A program made the position numbers and the translations under genes. A DNA stretch of 64,000 nt from Candidatus Babeliales bacterium (GTDB lineage Bacteria > Babelota > Babeliae > Babelales > JANWKD01): NCBI GenBank assembly GCA_963762115.1, contig CAVXJH010000007.1, positions 95,635 through 159,634 of the forward strand, written 5' to 3'. Under the pieces are notes generated by a model. It made no database searches. It saw only the letters and a list, made by a program, of their open reading frames with translations, and was not told where the DNA came from. Positions 18,497-37,454 of the stretch are shown piece by piece (position 1 is the stretch's first letter; each line of letters opens with the position of its first letter).

Positions 18497-20593
18497 TTAC
18501 TTACTTGTTGATTCGTCGGGGACAATTTTAAGACGAATACGACCATTTGATTCGTCATATTCAACAACTTCCACCGTTAAAGGATCATTAATTGGGTATT
18601 CTTTTGTTAAGTTTTGTTGTTTATTTCTTGGAATAGCTGAAATATGAACAAGCCCATCAACACCAGGAACTAATTCAACAAACAAGCCGAATTCAGCAGT
18701 TCGCTTTATTTTTCCATGATAAATGGTGCCAGCTTCAATTTTACCACCCAATACCTTGACCCACTCAATTGCCATATCCATTTTAGGACCAGGATGACCA
18801 AAGATTTTGACTAAACCATCGCCTTCAATATCAATCGTTGTACCAGTTTTTTCGATAATTTCACGAATGGTTTTACCACCTGTTCCAATTATTGCACCAA
18901 TTTTATCAGTAGGAACTTTAAAAGAAACAATGTGCGGTACAAGTTCAGATAATTGAGCTGCAGGTGCAGACATAACTTTTTGCATTTCTTTCAAAATGTG
19001 ATGGCGACCTTGACGAGCTTGTGCTAACGCAGATTCAAAAATATTACGTGGCAAACCACCTTTATATTTAATATCCATTTGAATCGCTGTAATACCTTGC
19101 TCAGTTCCAGTAACTTTAAAATCCATTAACCCAAATGCATCTTCGATACCGCTGATGTCACTAATTGTTTGGAATTTTCCATCAGAACTTCCCAATAATC
19201 CCATAGCAATACCACTTACCATTTTGGTAATAGGAACACCAGCATTCATTAATGCCATTGTTGAACCACAAACCGTTGCCATTGATGTTGAACCATCAGA
19301 TTCCAACATATCAGCAACGATACGAATGGTGTATGGAAATTTTTCTTTATTAGGAAGTACATTTTGCAACGCAGAAATTGCTAAATAACCATGCCCAATT
19401 TCACGTCTTCCCGGACCACGATTCGGACGAACTTCACCAGTGGAAAAAGAAGGGAAATTATAATGTAACATAAACGATTTTTCAATCGTATTTCCCATTA
19501 AATCTTCAACTTTTTGTTCATCTTGACCGCCACCAAGAGTCACCGTCACTAATGCTTGTGTTCTACCACGATTAAATAACGCTGAGCCATGAGTGAATGG
19601 AAGCAAGCCTACTTCAGTACTAATAGCACGAATTTCATCAAAAACTCTACTATCAATACGCTTACCAATTGCAAAGGTTAAATCAGTAATTTTTACTTTC
19701 AAAACACTATCAACAACATAGGCAAGCATTTTATCAGAAAATTTTAATTCTTCGATTTCTTTTGCATGCAACGTTTTAAATTCTTCTGTTAATGCATCAA
19801 TAGCAGCAGCACGTTTTAATTTATCAGGCATAAAAGTTGTCTTAACGCGCTCGGTCGTTAAAAATTCATCAACTTTTGTCTGCCAAGCATCCCAATTGAA
19901 ATGTTCATTAATCGGTTCTTTTGCAACACCTACTTGATTTTGAATTTCTTCTTGCCAAGCAACTTGTTTTTGAATTAATACATGTGCTTTGAAAAAAGCA
20001 TCAACCATTTGATCTTCAGAAATTTCATTGGTAGAACCTTCCACCATATTGATACCTTCTGAAGTACCTGCAACAACAATTTTTACGTCTGATTGCGTTG
20101 TTTGTGTATACGTAGGATTCATTACCCAAGCATTATCCAAACGACCAACTTCAGTAATACCAACAGGTCCTAGAAAAGGAATTCTTGAGATCGTTAACGC
20201 TAATGAAGCAGCAAATAATGCACAAGTATGTGGCTGATGTTCTTTGTCAACTGAATAGACAGTAACTAAAAGTTGTATTTGATCAAAATAATTCACCGGA
20301 AACAAAGGACGAATTGCACGATCAATTAAACGACCAGTTAAGATTTCTTTATCAGTTGCCCTGCCTTCACGCTTAAAATAACCACCAGGAATTTTGCCTG
20401 CAGCAGCAAATTGTTCTCGATAGTCAACTGTTAATGGTAAAAAACCAGGAAATTCTGATGAAGGAGCAGAAACTACAGTTGCTAATACAACAGTGCCCCC
20501 TTGTTTTAACCAAACAGCACCATCAGCCTGAGCTGCAAACTTACCTATCTCTACTTCATAATCAAAATCTTTTAAATAAAATTTTTTTACCAT
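18497..20593 (-). CDS. pnp: Polyribonucleotide nucleotidyltransferase
   Basis: FLPLTVDY, RLIDRAIRPLFP, RREIGHG, KH and S1 domains. Confidence 0.97.
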   Translation of the reverse strand: MVKKFYLKDFDYEVEIGKFAAQADGAVWLKQGGTVVLATVVSAPSSEFPGFLPLTVDYREQFAAAGKIPGGYFKREGRATDKEILTGRLIDRAIRPLFPVNYFDQIQLLVTVYSVDKEHQPHTCALFAASLALTISRIPFLGPVGITEVGRLDNAWVMNPTYTQTTQSDVKIVVAGTSEGINMVEGSTNEISEDQMVDAFFKAHVLIQKQVAWQEEIQNQVGVAKEPINEHFNWDAWQTKVDEFLTTERVKTTFMPDKLKRAAAIDALTEEFKTLHAKEIEELKFSDKMLAYVVDSVLKVKITDLTFAIGKRIDSRVFDEIRAISTEVGLLPFTHGSALFNRGRTQALVTVTLGGGQDEQKVEDLMGNTIEKSFMLHYNFPSFSTGEVRPNRGPGRREIGHGYLAISALQNVLPNKEKFPYTIRIVADMLESDGSTSMATVCGSTMALMNAGVPITKMVSGIAMGLLGSSDGKFQTISDISGIEDAFGLMDFKVTGTEQGITAIQMDIKYKGGLPRNIFESALAQARQGRHHILKEMQKVMSAPAAQLSELVPHIVSFKVPTDKIGAIIGTGGKTIREIIEKTGTTIDIEGDGLVKIFGHPGPKMDMAIEWVKVLGGKIEAGTIYHGKIKRTAEFGLFVELVPGVDGLVHISAIPRNKQQNLTKEYPINDPLTVEVVEYDESNGRIRLKIVPDESTSK

Positions 20594-20626
20594 TAGAAGA
20601 ACCTATTATCGAGTGAAAATTGCATG

Positions 20627-20905
20627 TTATTTTCTGAGCCCCAAGCGAGAAATAATCTCTTTATATTTATTTATATCTGTTCTTTCTAAGTAAAGTAAAC
20701 ACTTTTTTCTTTTACTCACAATTTGCAAAAGACCTCTTTTGGAACCATAATCCTTGTGATTACCTTTGAAATGCAATGCAAGATTTTCAATGTGTTTTGT
20801 TAATAAAGCTACCTGAACTTCAATTGACCCTGTATCGGTGTCATGTTGCTTGAAATCATTGATAATTTTATTTTTTTCTTCCTTATGTATCATACTCTTA
20901 TACAT
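20627..20905 (-). CDS. rpsO: 30S ribosomal protein S15
   Basis: DTGSIEVQVALLT, HKDYGSKRGLL, LGLRK. Confidence 0.97.
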   Translation of the reverse strand: MYKSMIHKEEKNKIINDFKQHDTDTGSIEVQVALLTKHIENLALHFKGNHKDYGSKRGLLQIVSKRKKCLLYLERTDINKYKEIISRLGLRK

Positions 20906-20935
20906 CCTATTATAACGTTATATATTAATCTAAAC

Positions 20936-21011
20936 TGGTAGGCACGAGCGGATTCGAACCGCTGACCCCTGCTACGTCAAAGCAGTGCTCTACCAACTGA
21001 GCTACGCGCCT
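20936..21011 (-). tRNA. tRNA-Val(GAC)
   Basis: Cloverleaf, anticodon arm ctgct-tt-GAC-gt-agcag, CCA end. Confidence 0.95.
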
Positions 21012-21032
21012 TCCAAACTCTTTTATAGAGTT

Positions 21033-29463
<8,431 letters not shown>

Positions 29464-29548
29464 TAAACTGTTCCTCCCTATATCAAAAATCGCTTTTTCA
29501 AATCCATCGATCAACCCGACTAAATTACTCTGTCCTTAAAATCTAGAA

Positions 29549-29929
29549 CTATGCCAATTCGACTTTTGCTCCGGCAGCTTCTAATGCTTCTTTCATTTTT
29601 TTAGCGTCATCTTTTGATGCAGCTTCAGCAATAACAGTAGGCGCTTCTTCAACAGCTTTTTTCGCTTCTGTTAAACCCAAAGTTGTAACTGAACGCAAAG
29701 CCTTGATTGTTTTAATTTTTTCAGGGCCACCATCTTTTAAGGTTACCTTGTATTCAGATTTTGCTTCAGCTTGAGCAGGAGCTTCTGCAGCAGATGCAGC
29801 AGGTGCAGCAGCAACAGGCATAGCAGCCGAAACACCAAATTTTTCTTCTAGAGCCTTAACAAGTTCTGCTAATTCTAAAACTGACATACCACCAATTTGA
29901 TCAATAATTTGCTCATATGACTTTGCCAT
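29549..29929 (-). CDS. rplL: 50S ribosomal protein L7/L12
   Basis: [31 protein letters not shown]. Confidence 0.98.
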   Translation of the reverse strand: MAKSYEQIIDQIGGMSVLELAELVKALEEKFGVSAAMPVAAAPAASAAEAPAQAEAKSEYKVTLKDGGPEKIKTIKALRSVTTLGLTEAKKAVEEAPTVIAEAASKDDAKKMKEALEAAGAKVELA

Positions 29930-30014
29930 TGAGATCTCCGATAATAAATAAAAAAATCAAACTAACTACTAACTAAATATTACTTCAAAAACGTAGACTG
30001 CCCCTTGATTATCA

Positions 30015-30539
30015 TTACGATTCAGATTTTTTTTGCTCAATCGCCTTCAACACTAAAAGCAACTTAACAAGCATTGAATGCAATGTACCTACTAAGCCTA
30101 CAATTGGAGAATTTAAAGCACCACAGACTTTTGCCAAAAGAATTTCTCTTGAAGGCAAAGATGCCAAGACAATAACTGAATCTTTGCTCAATATTGTCGT
30201 ATCCATACGTCCAGCCAAAACGCTTAACTTTTGGTTTTGCTTTGAAAAATTGCATAAAACTTTAGCAACAGCTGGCGCTTCTTGATCAACGAAAACAATA
30301 CCAACTTGATCTTTTAAGAAAGGAATTAACCCTTCAACAGAAGGAAGGCCATGAACAGCTCGTTTTATTAAAGAAACTTTCGCAACTTTAAATGTACCAC
30401 CCTTATCACGAAGCTCTTTGCGCAAAGAAGTAACCTGTGCAACATCCAAACCTTTATAACCAACTAAAAAAGAAGTTTGGTTCGTAGCAAAGTCACTTTT
30501 TAATGCCTCAACAATATGTTCTTTTTCTTGACGATTCAT
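30015..30539 (-). CDS. rplJ: 50S ribosomal protein L10
   Basis: MNRQEKE, YKGL...LRKELR, LASLPSRE; start moved to ATG 30539. Confidence 0.95.
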   Translation of the reverse strand: MNRQEKEHIVEALKSDFATNQTSFLVGYKGLDVAQVTSLRKELRDKGGTFKVAKVSLIKRAVHGLPSVEGLIPFLKDQVGIVFVDQEAPAVAKVLCNFSKQNQKLSVLAGRMDTTILSKDSVIVLASLPSREILLAKVCGALNSPIVGLVGTLHSMLVKLLLVLKAIEQKKSES

Positions 30540-30561
30540 TATATAATACCTTCTATCGGAA

Positions 30562-31260
30562 TCAAACTCTAACCACATCTTCTGCTGCAACCGGAACTCC
30601 AACACCCATGGTAGAAGCAACAGTAACTTTTCGAATATATTTACCTTTTGATGTTGGTGGCTTGGCTGCAACTAAGGCCCTAACAAAAGAATTCAAATTT
30701 TCCTGCAATTTAGTGGCTTCAAAAGAAACCTTTCCAAAGGAAAAATGAACAATGCCATTCTTGTCATTCTTAAAAAAGACGCGGCCTTTTTTTAAATCTT
30801 GAACAATATTTGCAACGTCAAAAGTAACGGTGCCAACTTTTTTGTTTGGCAACAAACCTTTTGGTCCTAATGTTTTTGCAAGCTTTCCAACTGCGCCCAT
30901 TACATCTGGTGTTGCAACGGCAAAATCAAAATCTAACCAACCAGCAGCAATTTTATCAATTAAGTCATCGGTGCCAACAAAATCAGCCCCGGCCTTACTT
31001 GCTTGCTCTGCATAATCACCTTTAGCAAAAACTATTACTCTAACCTTTTTGCCAGTTCCATGCGGCAACAATACTGAACCCCGCACTACTTGCTCACCCT
31101 TAGATGCATCTATACCCAAATTAACATGAATGTCGACAGATTCATCGAATTTGGCATATGCCAATTCTTTTACTTTTGCCAAACTTTCAGCTAAAGAATA
31201 ACTTTTATCCGGCGTTATTTTTTCTTTGGCTGATCTATATTTTTTACCATGCATTGCCAT
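30562..31260 (-). CDS. rplA: 50S ribosomal protein L1
   Basis: KFDESVD, VRGSVLLPHGTG, LGPKGLLPN, STMGVG. Confidence 0.97.
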   Translation of the reverse strand: MAMHGKKYRSAKEKITPDKSYSLAESLAKVKELAYAKFDESVDIHVNLGIDASKGEQVVRGSVLLPHGTGKKVRVIVFAKGDYAEQASKAGADFVGTDDLIDKIAAGWLDFDFAVATPDVMGAVGKLAKTLGPKGLLPNKKVGTVTFDVANIVQDLKKGRVFFKNDKNGIVHFSFGKVSFEATKLQENLNSFVRALVAAKPPTSKGKYIRKVTVASTMGVGVPVAAEDVVRV

Positions 31261-31281
31261 AATTAATAGCCCCAACTTCGA

Positions 31282-31704
31282 TTAAAAAACCTTTATTCCC
31301 ATACTACGAGCAGTTCCAGCCACAATTTTTTTAGCCTCTTCTATATCAATAGAATTGAGATCGGGCATCTTAACTTTGGCTATGTCTTCAATATCTTTCC
31401 AAGAAATTTTTCCAGCCTCTTCAACGCTAGGCTTTGATGCGCCCTTTGCGATATTAATTTTCTTCTTTATTAATTCGGACGTTGGAGGTGTTTTTATGAT
31501 AAAATCAAAAGTTTTATCTTTATAAACAGTAATTACTACAGGAACTGTTTGACCTTTTTTACTTGCGGTCTCTGCATTAAACTTTTTGCAGAAATCCATA
31601 ATATTAAGACCGTGAGGTCCAAGAGCAGAGCCAACAGGTGGAGCAGGCGTTGCCGCGCCCCCGGCTATCAACACTTTAATTTTTGCTTTAATTTCTTTTG
31701 CCAT
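31282..31704 (-). CDS. rplK: 50S ribosomal protein L11
   Basis: [27 protein letters not shown]. Confidence 0.98.
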   Translation of the reverse strand: MAKEIKAKIKVLIAGGAATPAPPVGSALGPHGLNIMDFCKKFNAETASKKGQTVPVVITVYKDKTFDFIIKTPPTSELIKKKINIAKGASKPSVEEAGKISWKDIEDIAKVKMPDLNSIDIEEAKKIVAGTARSMGIKVF

Positions 31705-31721
31705 TATAAACCTACTGACAT

Positions 31722-32246
31722 TTAGCGTTTTACTTGATCAAATCCCAATTCTACAGGCGTCATTCTGCCAAAAATACTTACCATTACAACTAGCTTCTCA
31801 TTCTCTTCTTCAATTTTATCAATAATACCAACAAACCCTGCAAATGGTCCTTCAGCAATTTCAACTTCGCTCCCAACAACAAACTCACTCTTTTTAGGAG
31901 CAACCGCAACCTCACCCTTAATTTGAGATATAATCCTATCAATCTCTTTTTGAGAAAGAGGCGTTGGCGTTGAACCACCTAAAAAACGAATAATACGTGG
32001 CGTTGTTGTAACCAAACGAATTGCTTCTTGAATAGGCTCCATTTCAACAAACAAGTAGCCCGGAAACAATTGATGCTCCCCTTTTGAGGCATCAACAGCT
32101 TCAAACATTTGCTTTAATTTCGCGGTTGGTATCAAAACCTCGCCAAAATATTCAGCAAGACCTTCTTCAGAAACGCGACGTAGCAAATCTGATTTTATCG
32201 CTTCTTCATACCCAGCGTATATTTGAGCAACATACCAACGTTTCAT
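31722..32246 (-). CDS. nusG: Transcription factor NusG
   Basis: [32 protein letters not shown]. Confidence 0.97.
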   Translation of the reverse strand: MKRWYVAQIYAGYEEAIKSDLLRRVSEEGLAEYFGEVLIPTAKLKQMFEAVDASKGEHQLFPGYLFVEMEPIQEAIRLVTTTPRIIRFLGGSTPTPLSQKEIDRIISQIKGEVAVAPKKSEFVVGSEVEIAEGPFAGFVGIIDKIEEENEKLVVMVSIFGRMTPVELGFDQVKR

Positions 32247-32289
32247 TGTTTATCCGTTCATAGCATCTTTTTGCTTTAAGCTGTAATTA

Positions 32290-32469
32290 TCAGAAAATTT
32301 GTTGAGCAAGCCTATAAAATATAAAATCTATAATGCCTAGATAGATCGAAAATGCTGTAACAAGCAACAGCACAATAATTATCGAGCCAACAAGCTCATC
32401 GAACTTTGGCCAAATTATCTTAGAGAGTTCAACTTTAACTTCACTTAAAAAGTGACTAACATTTTTCAT
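32290..32469 (-). CDS. secE: Preprotein translocase SecE (below ORF-track cutoff)
   Basis: Manual translation MKNVSHFLSEVKVELSKIIWPKFDELVGSIIIVLLLV...GIIDFIF; upstream of nusG. Confidence 0.92.
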   Translation of the reverse strand: MKNVSHFLSEVKVELSKIIWPKFDELVGSIIIVLLLVTAFSIYLGIIDFIFYRLAQQIF

Positions 32470-32518
32470 TACACACCAAAAAGCACCGCAACCTTATTTT
32501 TATTATCTCAACTTTTCT

Positions 32519-32595
32519 TGGCAGGCCAGGAGGGATTCGAACCCCCAACCCGCAGATTTGGAGTCTGCCGCTCTACCAATTAGAGCTACTGGCCT
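32519..32595 (-). tRNA. tRNA-Trp(CCA)
   Basis: Anticodon arm gcaga-ct-CCA-aa-tctgc; CCA end. Confidence 0.95.
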
Positions 32596-32603
32596 CCAGA
32601 AAC

Positions 32604-32759
32604 TTATTTTGTTTCCTTGTGAGGATTATGCTTCCGACAACGAAAACAATACTTACTTAATTTTAAGGACCCAACAGTTCTTTTACCAGCAACTTGCGTA
32701 TAATTACGTTCTTTGCAGGCTTCGCATGATAAGTGGGTCGTGACTCTATTTTTTGCCAT
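32604..32759 (-). CDS. rpmG: 50S ribosomal protein L33 (zinc-binding form)
   Basis: Manual translation [20 protein letters not shown]...[16 protein letters not shown]. Confidence 0.95.
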   Translation of the reverse strand: MAKNRVTTHLSCEACKERNYTQVAGKRTVGSLKLSKYCFRCRKHNPHKETK

Positions 32760-32809
32760 AATTTTTTACCAATTACATTCAACTGATTACAGTAAATTAA
32801 TCCTTCTCA

Positions 32810-32885
32810 TGGAGCCCGCGATCGGATTTGAACCGATGACCTCTCCCTTACCAAGGAAGTGCTCTACCGACTGAGCTACGTGGGC
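32810..32885 (-). tRNA. tRNA-Thr(GGT)
   Basis: Anticodon loop tt-GGT-aa; CCA end. Confidence 0.95.
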
Positions 32886-32983
32886 CAAAAAACACATGAT
32901 TACACATGAGTTATGTTCTAGAATAAATAAAAAATAAGAAAAACACAAATTGTTTTACGGTAAATTTATTTACTCTTTTTTTT

Positions 32984-33059
32984 TGGAGCTGGCGACTGGA
33001 CTTGAACCAGCGACCTGCTGATTACAAATCAGCTGCTCTACCAACTGAGCTACGCCAGC
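32984..33059 (-). tRNA. tRNA-Thr(TGT)
   Basis: ctgat-tt-TGT-aa-tcag arm; CCA end. Confidence 0.95.
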
Positions 33060-33085
33060 AAAAAAAATACTTTTTGCCCATTATT

Positions 33086-33161
33086 TGGAGCGGGAAACGG
33101 GGCTCGAACCCGCGACCTACAGCTTGGAAGGCTGTCGCTCTACCAATTGAGCTATTCCCGC
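33086..33161 (-). tRNA. tRNA-Gly(TCC)
   Basis: Anticodon loop ct-TCC-aa; GCGGGA acceptor stem; CCA end. Confidence 0.95.
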
Positions 33162-33195
33162 ACATTTAATGTCAACTTTTCTACTTTATTAAGCA

Positions 33196-33359
33196 AAGCT
33201 TGAACGAAAGAAGCCCGTCGCAGCTGTTGCAATTTAATATCAATTGCTTCGAACATGAAGCTATGCCGGGCAGTCTTCTTGATTGGCCAATTAAACTTTT
33301 ATTATATAAAACCATTTAAATTGGCGAAGCCAGGCGAAGCTCGCAAGAGCGAAGACTGG
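33196..33359 (-). repeat. GC-rich palindromic element abutting the tRNA-Tyr 3' end
   Basis: Minus strand ccagtcttcgctcttgcgagcttcgcctgg, then tgcccggcatagct...agctgcgacgggc; hairpin-forming, GC-rich against the AT-rich spacers. Confidence 0.55.
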
Positions 33360-33442
33360 TGGTGAGAGAAGGATTCGAACCTTCGAAGGTATAAACCAAC
33401 GGATTTACAGTCCGTCCCCTTTGACCGCTCGGGAACCTCACC
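33357..33442 (-). tRNA. tRNA-Tyr(GTA)
   Basis: acgga-ct-GTA-aa-tccgt; long variable arm; CCA end. Confidence 0.95.
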
Positions 33443-33520
33443 AATGAAATCAATGATATTGTTTTTCTCAAAGATTTCAACTATTTTATCAAAATTCTTG
33501 CAAATTTTATACTCTTTATT

Positions 33521-33790
33521 TTAAGAATCCTCTTTTTTTTCTTCAGCTTTCAATAAAGTAAGTTCTTCTTTTAAAATTTCTTTTACTTCATCAACGCAAC
33601 TGCTACAGCCGGTTCCCACTAAAAGCTCATCAGAAATTGCCTCATACGTTCTGCATCCTTTTTTAATTGATGAACAAATTTCAGAATACATCACCCCCAT
33701 GCACGTGCACACCAAATAATCAGGCTTTGACAATAAAGGACTTTTCGAATCCACCGTTAGCTCCTCTAAAATATTATTTTTATTGCTCAT
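33521..33790 (-). CDS. BFD-like [2Fe-2S] protein
   Basis: VCTCMGV...GTGCSSC. Confidence 0.85.
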   Translation of the reverse strand: MSNKNNILEELTVDSKSPLLSKPDYLVCTCMGVMYSEICSSIKKGCRTYEAISDELLVGTGCSSCVDEVKEILKEELTLLKAEEKKEDS

Positions 33791-33959
33791 TTGCGTCTTT
33801 TTAGTATACTCAGAAATGCAATTTGCATAAACAATATTTTTTTATATCAACAAAAAAATCAAATCAAGAATAGAGGAGCCATCACCAACAAGCCTACAAA
33901 AAAATTCAGTAATTTTATTTACAATAATAACAACACTTATTTTTAAGGTTATTTCATTC

Positions 33960-36170
33960 ATGACATGTACTAACAACAAATTCAAATATAGCATTCTATT
34001 GCTTTCTCTTTTCGCCACCCTTCATGGCACAGAACAGCAAACATCAATTTTTAAAACCGTTAAAGAACTTCATGTACCCTCACTCGATTTGCCATCAGAA
34101 ATTGCAAAACCAACAATAATTTCTGAAAAAGATAAAGCAAAGTTAACGTTACAAGTTAATCTTCTCACCTCTGATCAAATAATTCCTATGATTTATGACT
34201 TATGTGCAGAACACCTACAATCAGAAAATTACGCAAAAGCTAAAACTGATTCGACATTTTTATCAAAAATGGAACTTTTTGCTGGCGGTGAACATAAAAA
34301 AGATAGTCTTTTAAATAAAATTGATCATACCAAAACCAGTTTTGGCAAAGCACTTCTTGCTCTTCAATTAGCAGAGCCTATTCATGATGTTAACATTCTT
34401 TCCCTGCGTCAAGAATTAGTAAAAACGCTTATTAATGATCCAGCATTGATGCAGAAAATTGAGGAACAATTAACCGTAATGGCTGCCGCTGAACCTTATC
34501 TATTCTCCTACTTTGAACAAGAAAATTCAGTTAATGAAGAATTATTTAAAAAGGTCTATTTTAACGAATGGTTAAACTTTCTTAATACCAGTGCAACGGC
34601 TTTAGAAATAAGTACTCGAATTGGCAATGCTGGATCACTCTTTTTTGCAACATTGTTTCCAAACTATGGCATGTTATTAGCAACCGGCGTCAACTACGGG
34701 CTTGCACAAGAAAAGTTCGCAACGGATCAATGGCGCAGCAAAACCACCGGATATCCAGCCACAGTTCCTCAGCCAACTTTTGGCAAATCTTTTGTTAAAA
34801 CGGTTAAACAAATTCCAGATCTCATCAAAAGTGTTGATCCCCGCAAAAAAGCTTTTAAAGAAATATCATATACAGAATTAAACGATCAGCGCAAAGCAAC
34901 TTCTTATTATAATCCACAATATGAAGAAATCGTTCAAAAAATGCAACCTAAAACACTAGGCGATGTACTTCATTCTATGGATTATGAGGCATCACAAAGC
35001 CCTGAAGCAGCCAAAGCTATCAACGGATTAAAAATAACAATTGCAGGTGTCAGCGCCTTTGTTATTGCATCACAAGCATATTTAACATACACAGCAGTAA
35101 AAAACGAACTTTTAAAAAGAGATATTTCAAATTATTTACAAACAAAAATGATTGCCGTTGCTTCATATCTCAATGCGGCAAAAGAATTATATGAATTAGC
35201 ACAATTAAACCCTGTTTTATCAACAATTCCAGGATTACATCATATTGAAGCATTATTTAATCCAAATGCTCTGCACTCTTCTGATTTAAAAAGCTTGATT
35301 CGCCTGCTTGATCACAACACTTTCACCGGTGAAGCATCGATTGCATCACTAACAGGACGTGTTCTTGCTGCACATCAATTAATGAAAAAAGTTAAGCATG
35401 AATTAATACCTGCCTGCGCTGCAGCAAGCACCTTTGATGTCTATTTTTCAACAGCTAAACTATATACAAAATTTGAAAATCAACGTGTTCGCTATACCTT
35501 TGCAAACTATATTGTTGGCACTAATGCTCCTTATGCCAATCTAAAAAGATTCTGGAATCCTGGCGTTGATGCAAACATTGTAGTAGCAAATGATATTATC
35601 TTTGGTGTAGAACAACCAAACAATATCATTCTTACCGGGCCAAATACCGGTGGAAAATCAACGGTAATCAAAAGTGCATTGATTAACCTCTTGCTAGCTC
35701 AAACTATCGGCATTGCACCGTGTGATGAAATTACCTTTACTCTTTTTGCCGTTCTTAATTGCTATCTTAATATTACCGATGACCTTTCAGCGGGTGTTTC
35801 ACTCTTTAAGGCGGAAGTATTACGAGCAAAAGCATTAATAGAAGCAATCAGAAAACTAGAAGCTGGACAATTTAGCTTTACCATTATGGATGAAGTATTT
35901 AGCGGTACCTCACCAAAAGAAGGTGAAGAAGCAGCTTATATGTTCGCAAAAGAGCTTGGCATCATGCAAAGCAGCATCTGCACTATTGCAACACACTTTC
36001 CAAAGCTAACTGAACTTGAAGACATGAAAAAATTCAAAAACTATCAAGTAAAAGTCTGGAAAGATGAAAACAATAATTGGGTTCGTCCTTTCAAACTTGA
36101 AGAAGGAAAATCAACCTTAAATATCGCAATGGATCTTCTTGAAGAAGCAGGAATTTTTAGTCACGCATAA
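33960..36170 (+). CDS. MutS-family ATPase (domain V) with signal peptide
   Basis: Hydrophobic N-terminus; IDHTKTSFGK, GPNTGGKST, SLFKAE, IMDE, ATHF. Confidence 0.85.
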   Translation: MTCTNNKFKYSILLLSLFATLHGTEQQTSIFKTVKELHVPSLDLPSEIAKPTIISEKDKAKLTLQVNLLTSDQIIPMIYDLCAEHLQSENYAKAKTDSTFLSKMELFAGGEHKKDSLLNKIDHTKTSFGKALLALQLAEPIHDVNILSLRQELVKTLINDPALMQKIEEQLTVMAAAEPYLFSYFEQENSVNEELFKKVYFNEWLNFLNTSATALEISTRIGNAGSLFFATLFPNYGMLLATGVNYGLAQEKFATDQWRSKTTGYPATVPQPTFGKSFVKTVKQIPDLIKSVDPRKKAFKEISYTELNDQRKATSYYNPQYEEIVQKMQPKTLGDVLHSMDYEASQSPEAAKAINGLKITIAGVSAFVIASQAYLTYTAVKNELLKRDISNYLQTKMIAVASYLNAAKELYELAQLNPVLSTIPGLHHIEALFNPNALHSSDLKSLIRLLDHNTFTGEASIASLTGRVLAAHQLMKKVKHELIPACAAASTFDVYFSTAKLYTKFENQRVRYTFANYIVGTNAPYANLKRFWNPGVDANIVVANDIIFGVEQPNNIILTGPNTGGKSTVIKSALINLLLAQTIGIAPCDEITFTLFAVLNCYLNITDDLSAGVSLFKAEVLRAKALIEAIRKLEAGQFSFTIMDEVFSGTSPKEGEEAAYMFAKELGIMQSSICTIATHFPKLTELEDMKKFKNYQVKVWKDENNNWVRPFKLEEGKSTLNIAMDLLEEAGIFSHA

Positions 36171-36176
36171 ATAACA

Positions 36177-36210
36177 AAAAAGGCGAAAGAGAATATTCTC
36201 TTTCGCCTTT
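36177..36210. terminator. Bidirectional terminator
   Basis: aaaggcgaaagagaat/attctctttcgccttt between convergent genes. Confidence 0.75.
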
Positions 36211-36224
36211 AAAAGTAATCAATA

Positions 36225-36680
36225 TTAAGCAATCAGTTTATAAGTAACAATTCTTTGTTCCAAATTATCAACATCATAATCTAAATGTATTTCACAAATT
36301 TGATGTTCTAACAATGGTTCGATTATTTCGGGCCATTCAATAAAAGCCCAACTATTTTCTTCAAACAACAATTCATCAAATCCCAATTGTAAAAACTCAT
36401 CGAGGTTAGCTAAACGATAAAGATCAAAATGGTGCAATAACTCATGCTTATCATTTTCATAGGTATTAACATACCCAAATGTCGGACTTGTAACCGCTTC
36501 ATGCACACCAAATCTTTTTAATAACGCTTTCACCAGGGTTGTTTTTCCAGCACCAAGATCACCAGTAAAAGTATATATTTTACAAGCATCTTTAAGAACA
36601 AAAAGATCATTAACAAGCTTATTTAAATCATCTAAATTATATGTTTGGGTAACTTCTTTTATTATTGTTTTCATTAGCAT
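36225..36680 (-). CDS. tsaE: tRNA t6A biosynthesis ATPase TsaE
   Basis: GDLGAGKTT, VTSPTF, HFDLYRL, IEWP. Confidence 0.96.
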   Translation of the reverse strand: MLMKTIIKEVTQTYNLDDLNKLVNDLFVLKDACKIYTFTGDLGAGKTTLVKALLKRFGVHEAVTSPTFGYVNTYENDKHELLHHFDLYRLANLDEFLQLGFDELLFEENSWAFIEWPEIIEPLLEHQICEIHLDYDVDNLEQRIVTYKLIA

Positions 36681-36691
36681 ACTTTTATTTT

Positions 36692-37273
36692 TTATAGTTT
36701 TTTTAATTTTTCTAATAAAAATCGTTCTTTTTTAGAAACCACTTTTTCTTTATGAAGCGGCTTTGTTGCATTCTCTTCTTTTTTCCCATCTCTTAATGGG
36801 TTTAATGATGCCATAAGTTCATCAAGATCTTTATCTTTTGTATCAGTTGTCTTATAGAACGGCTGTTGTGCCATTTTTTTTGTAACAACATTTTGATAAA
36901 GTGCCTGTTCAAGCAAATTAAGAAAGACTCTTGAATCAATAGAGGTAATCGAACGTTGTGCCGCAAACAGATTTAATTCTCTATCACTTGAAACAAGCGC
37001 AATGTCATTATTCTTATGATCTTCAAGATAACCTTTGATATAATCATCTGCAGATTTATTTTTACCAACATAGAGTACCTTCATTTTTGATGAAGGATTA
37101 AATGTTTCTGACGATAACGACATTCCGCCATCAAAAATCAACTGTATGATATGGTTCTTTTTATGCGCATAGCGACAGAGCTTTTTAATAAATTGCTCCC
37201 TCTGATTTTCGCTTGCATAAACGGTTCCCAACTGTTTTTTAAGGACATTATAACCATCAATAACTAATATCAC
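36692..37273 (-). CDS. NYN/YacP-like nuclease
   Basis: VIDGYN, IFDG, SADDYI, VSSDRE. Confidence 0.85.
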   Translation of the reverse strand: MILVIDGYNVLKKQLGTVYASENQREQFIKKLCRYAHKKNHIIQLIFDGGMSLSSETFNPSSKMKVLYVGKNKSADDYIKGYLEDHKNNDIALVSSDRELNLFAAQRSITSIDSRVFLNLLEQALYQNVVTKKMAQQPFYKTTDTKDKDLDELMASLNPLRDGKKEENATKPLHKEKVVSKKERFLLEKLKKL

Positions 37274-37454
37274 GTATGCACTACAATCTTTAATTATATT
37301 TTAATGTATGTTAGTAATCTTTTTTATTGTAAACTATTTTTAAGATAAAACGATAGTTTTCCATAATAGTAAACAAATATTAAAGATTTGATTTGCAAAA
37401 AAGAGCAAGAATCTATACAGTAAAAATTATTGAAGTACTATTTGTAGTTAGGGA

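Noticed and set aside
32558..32743. 61-aa plus-strand ORF
   Set aside because: Antisense to tRNA-Trp and rpmG.
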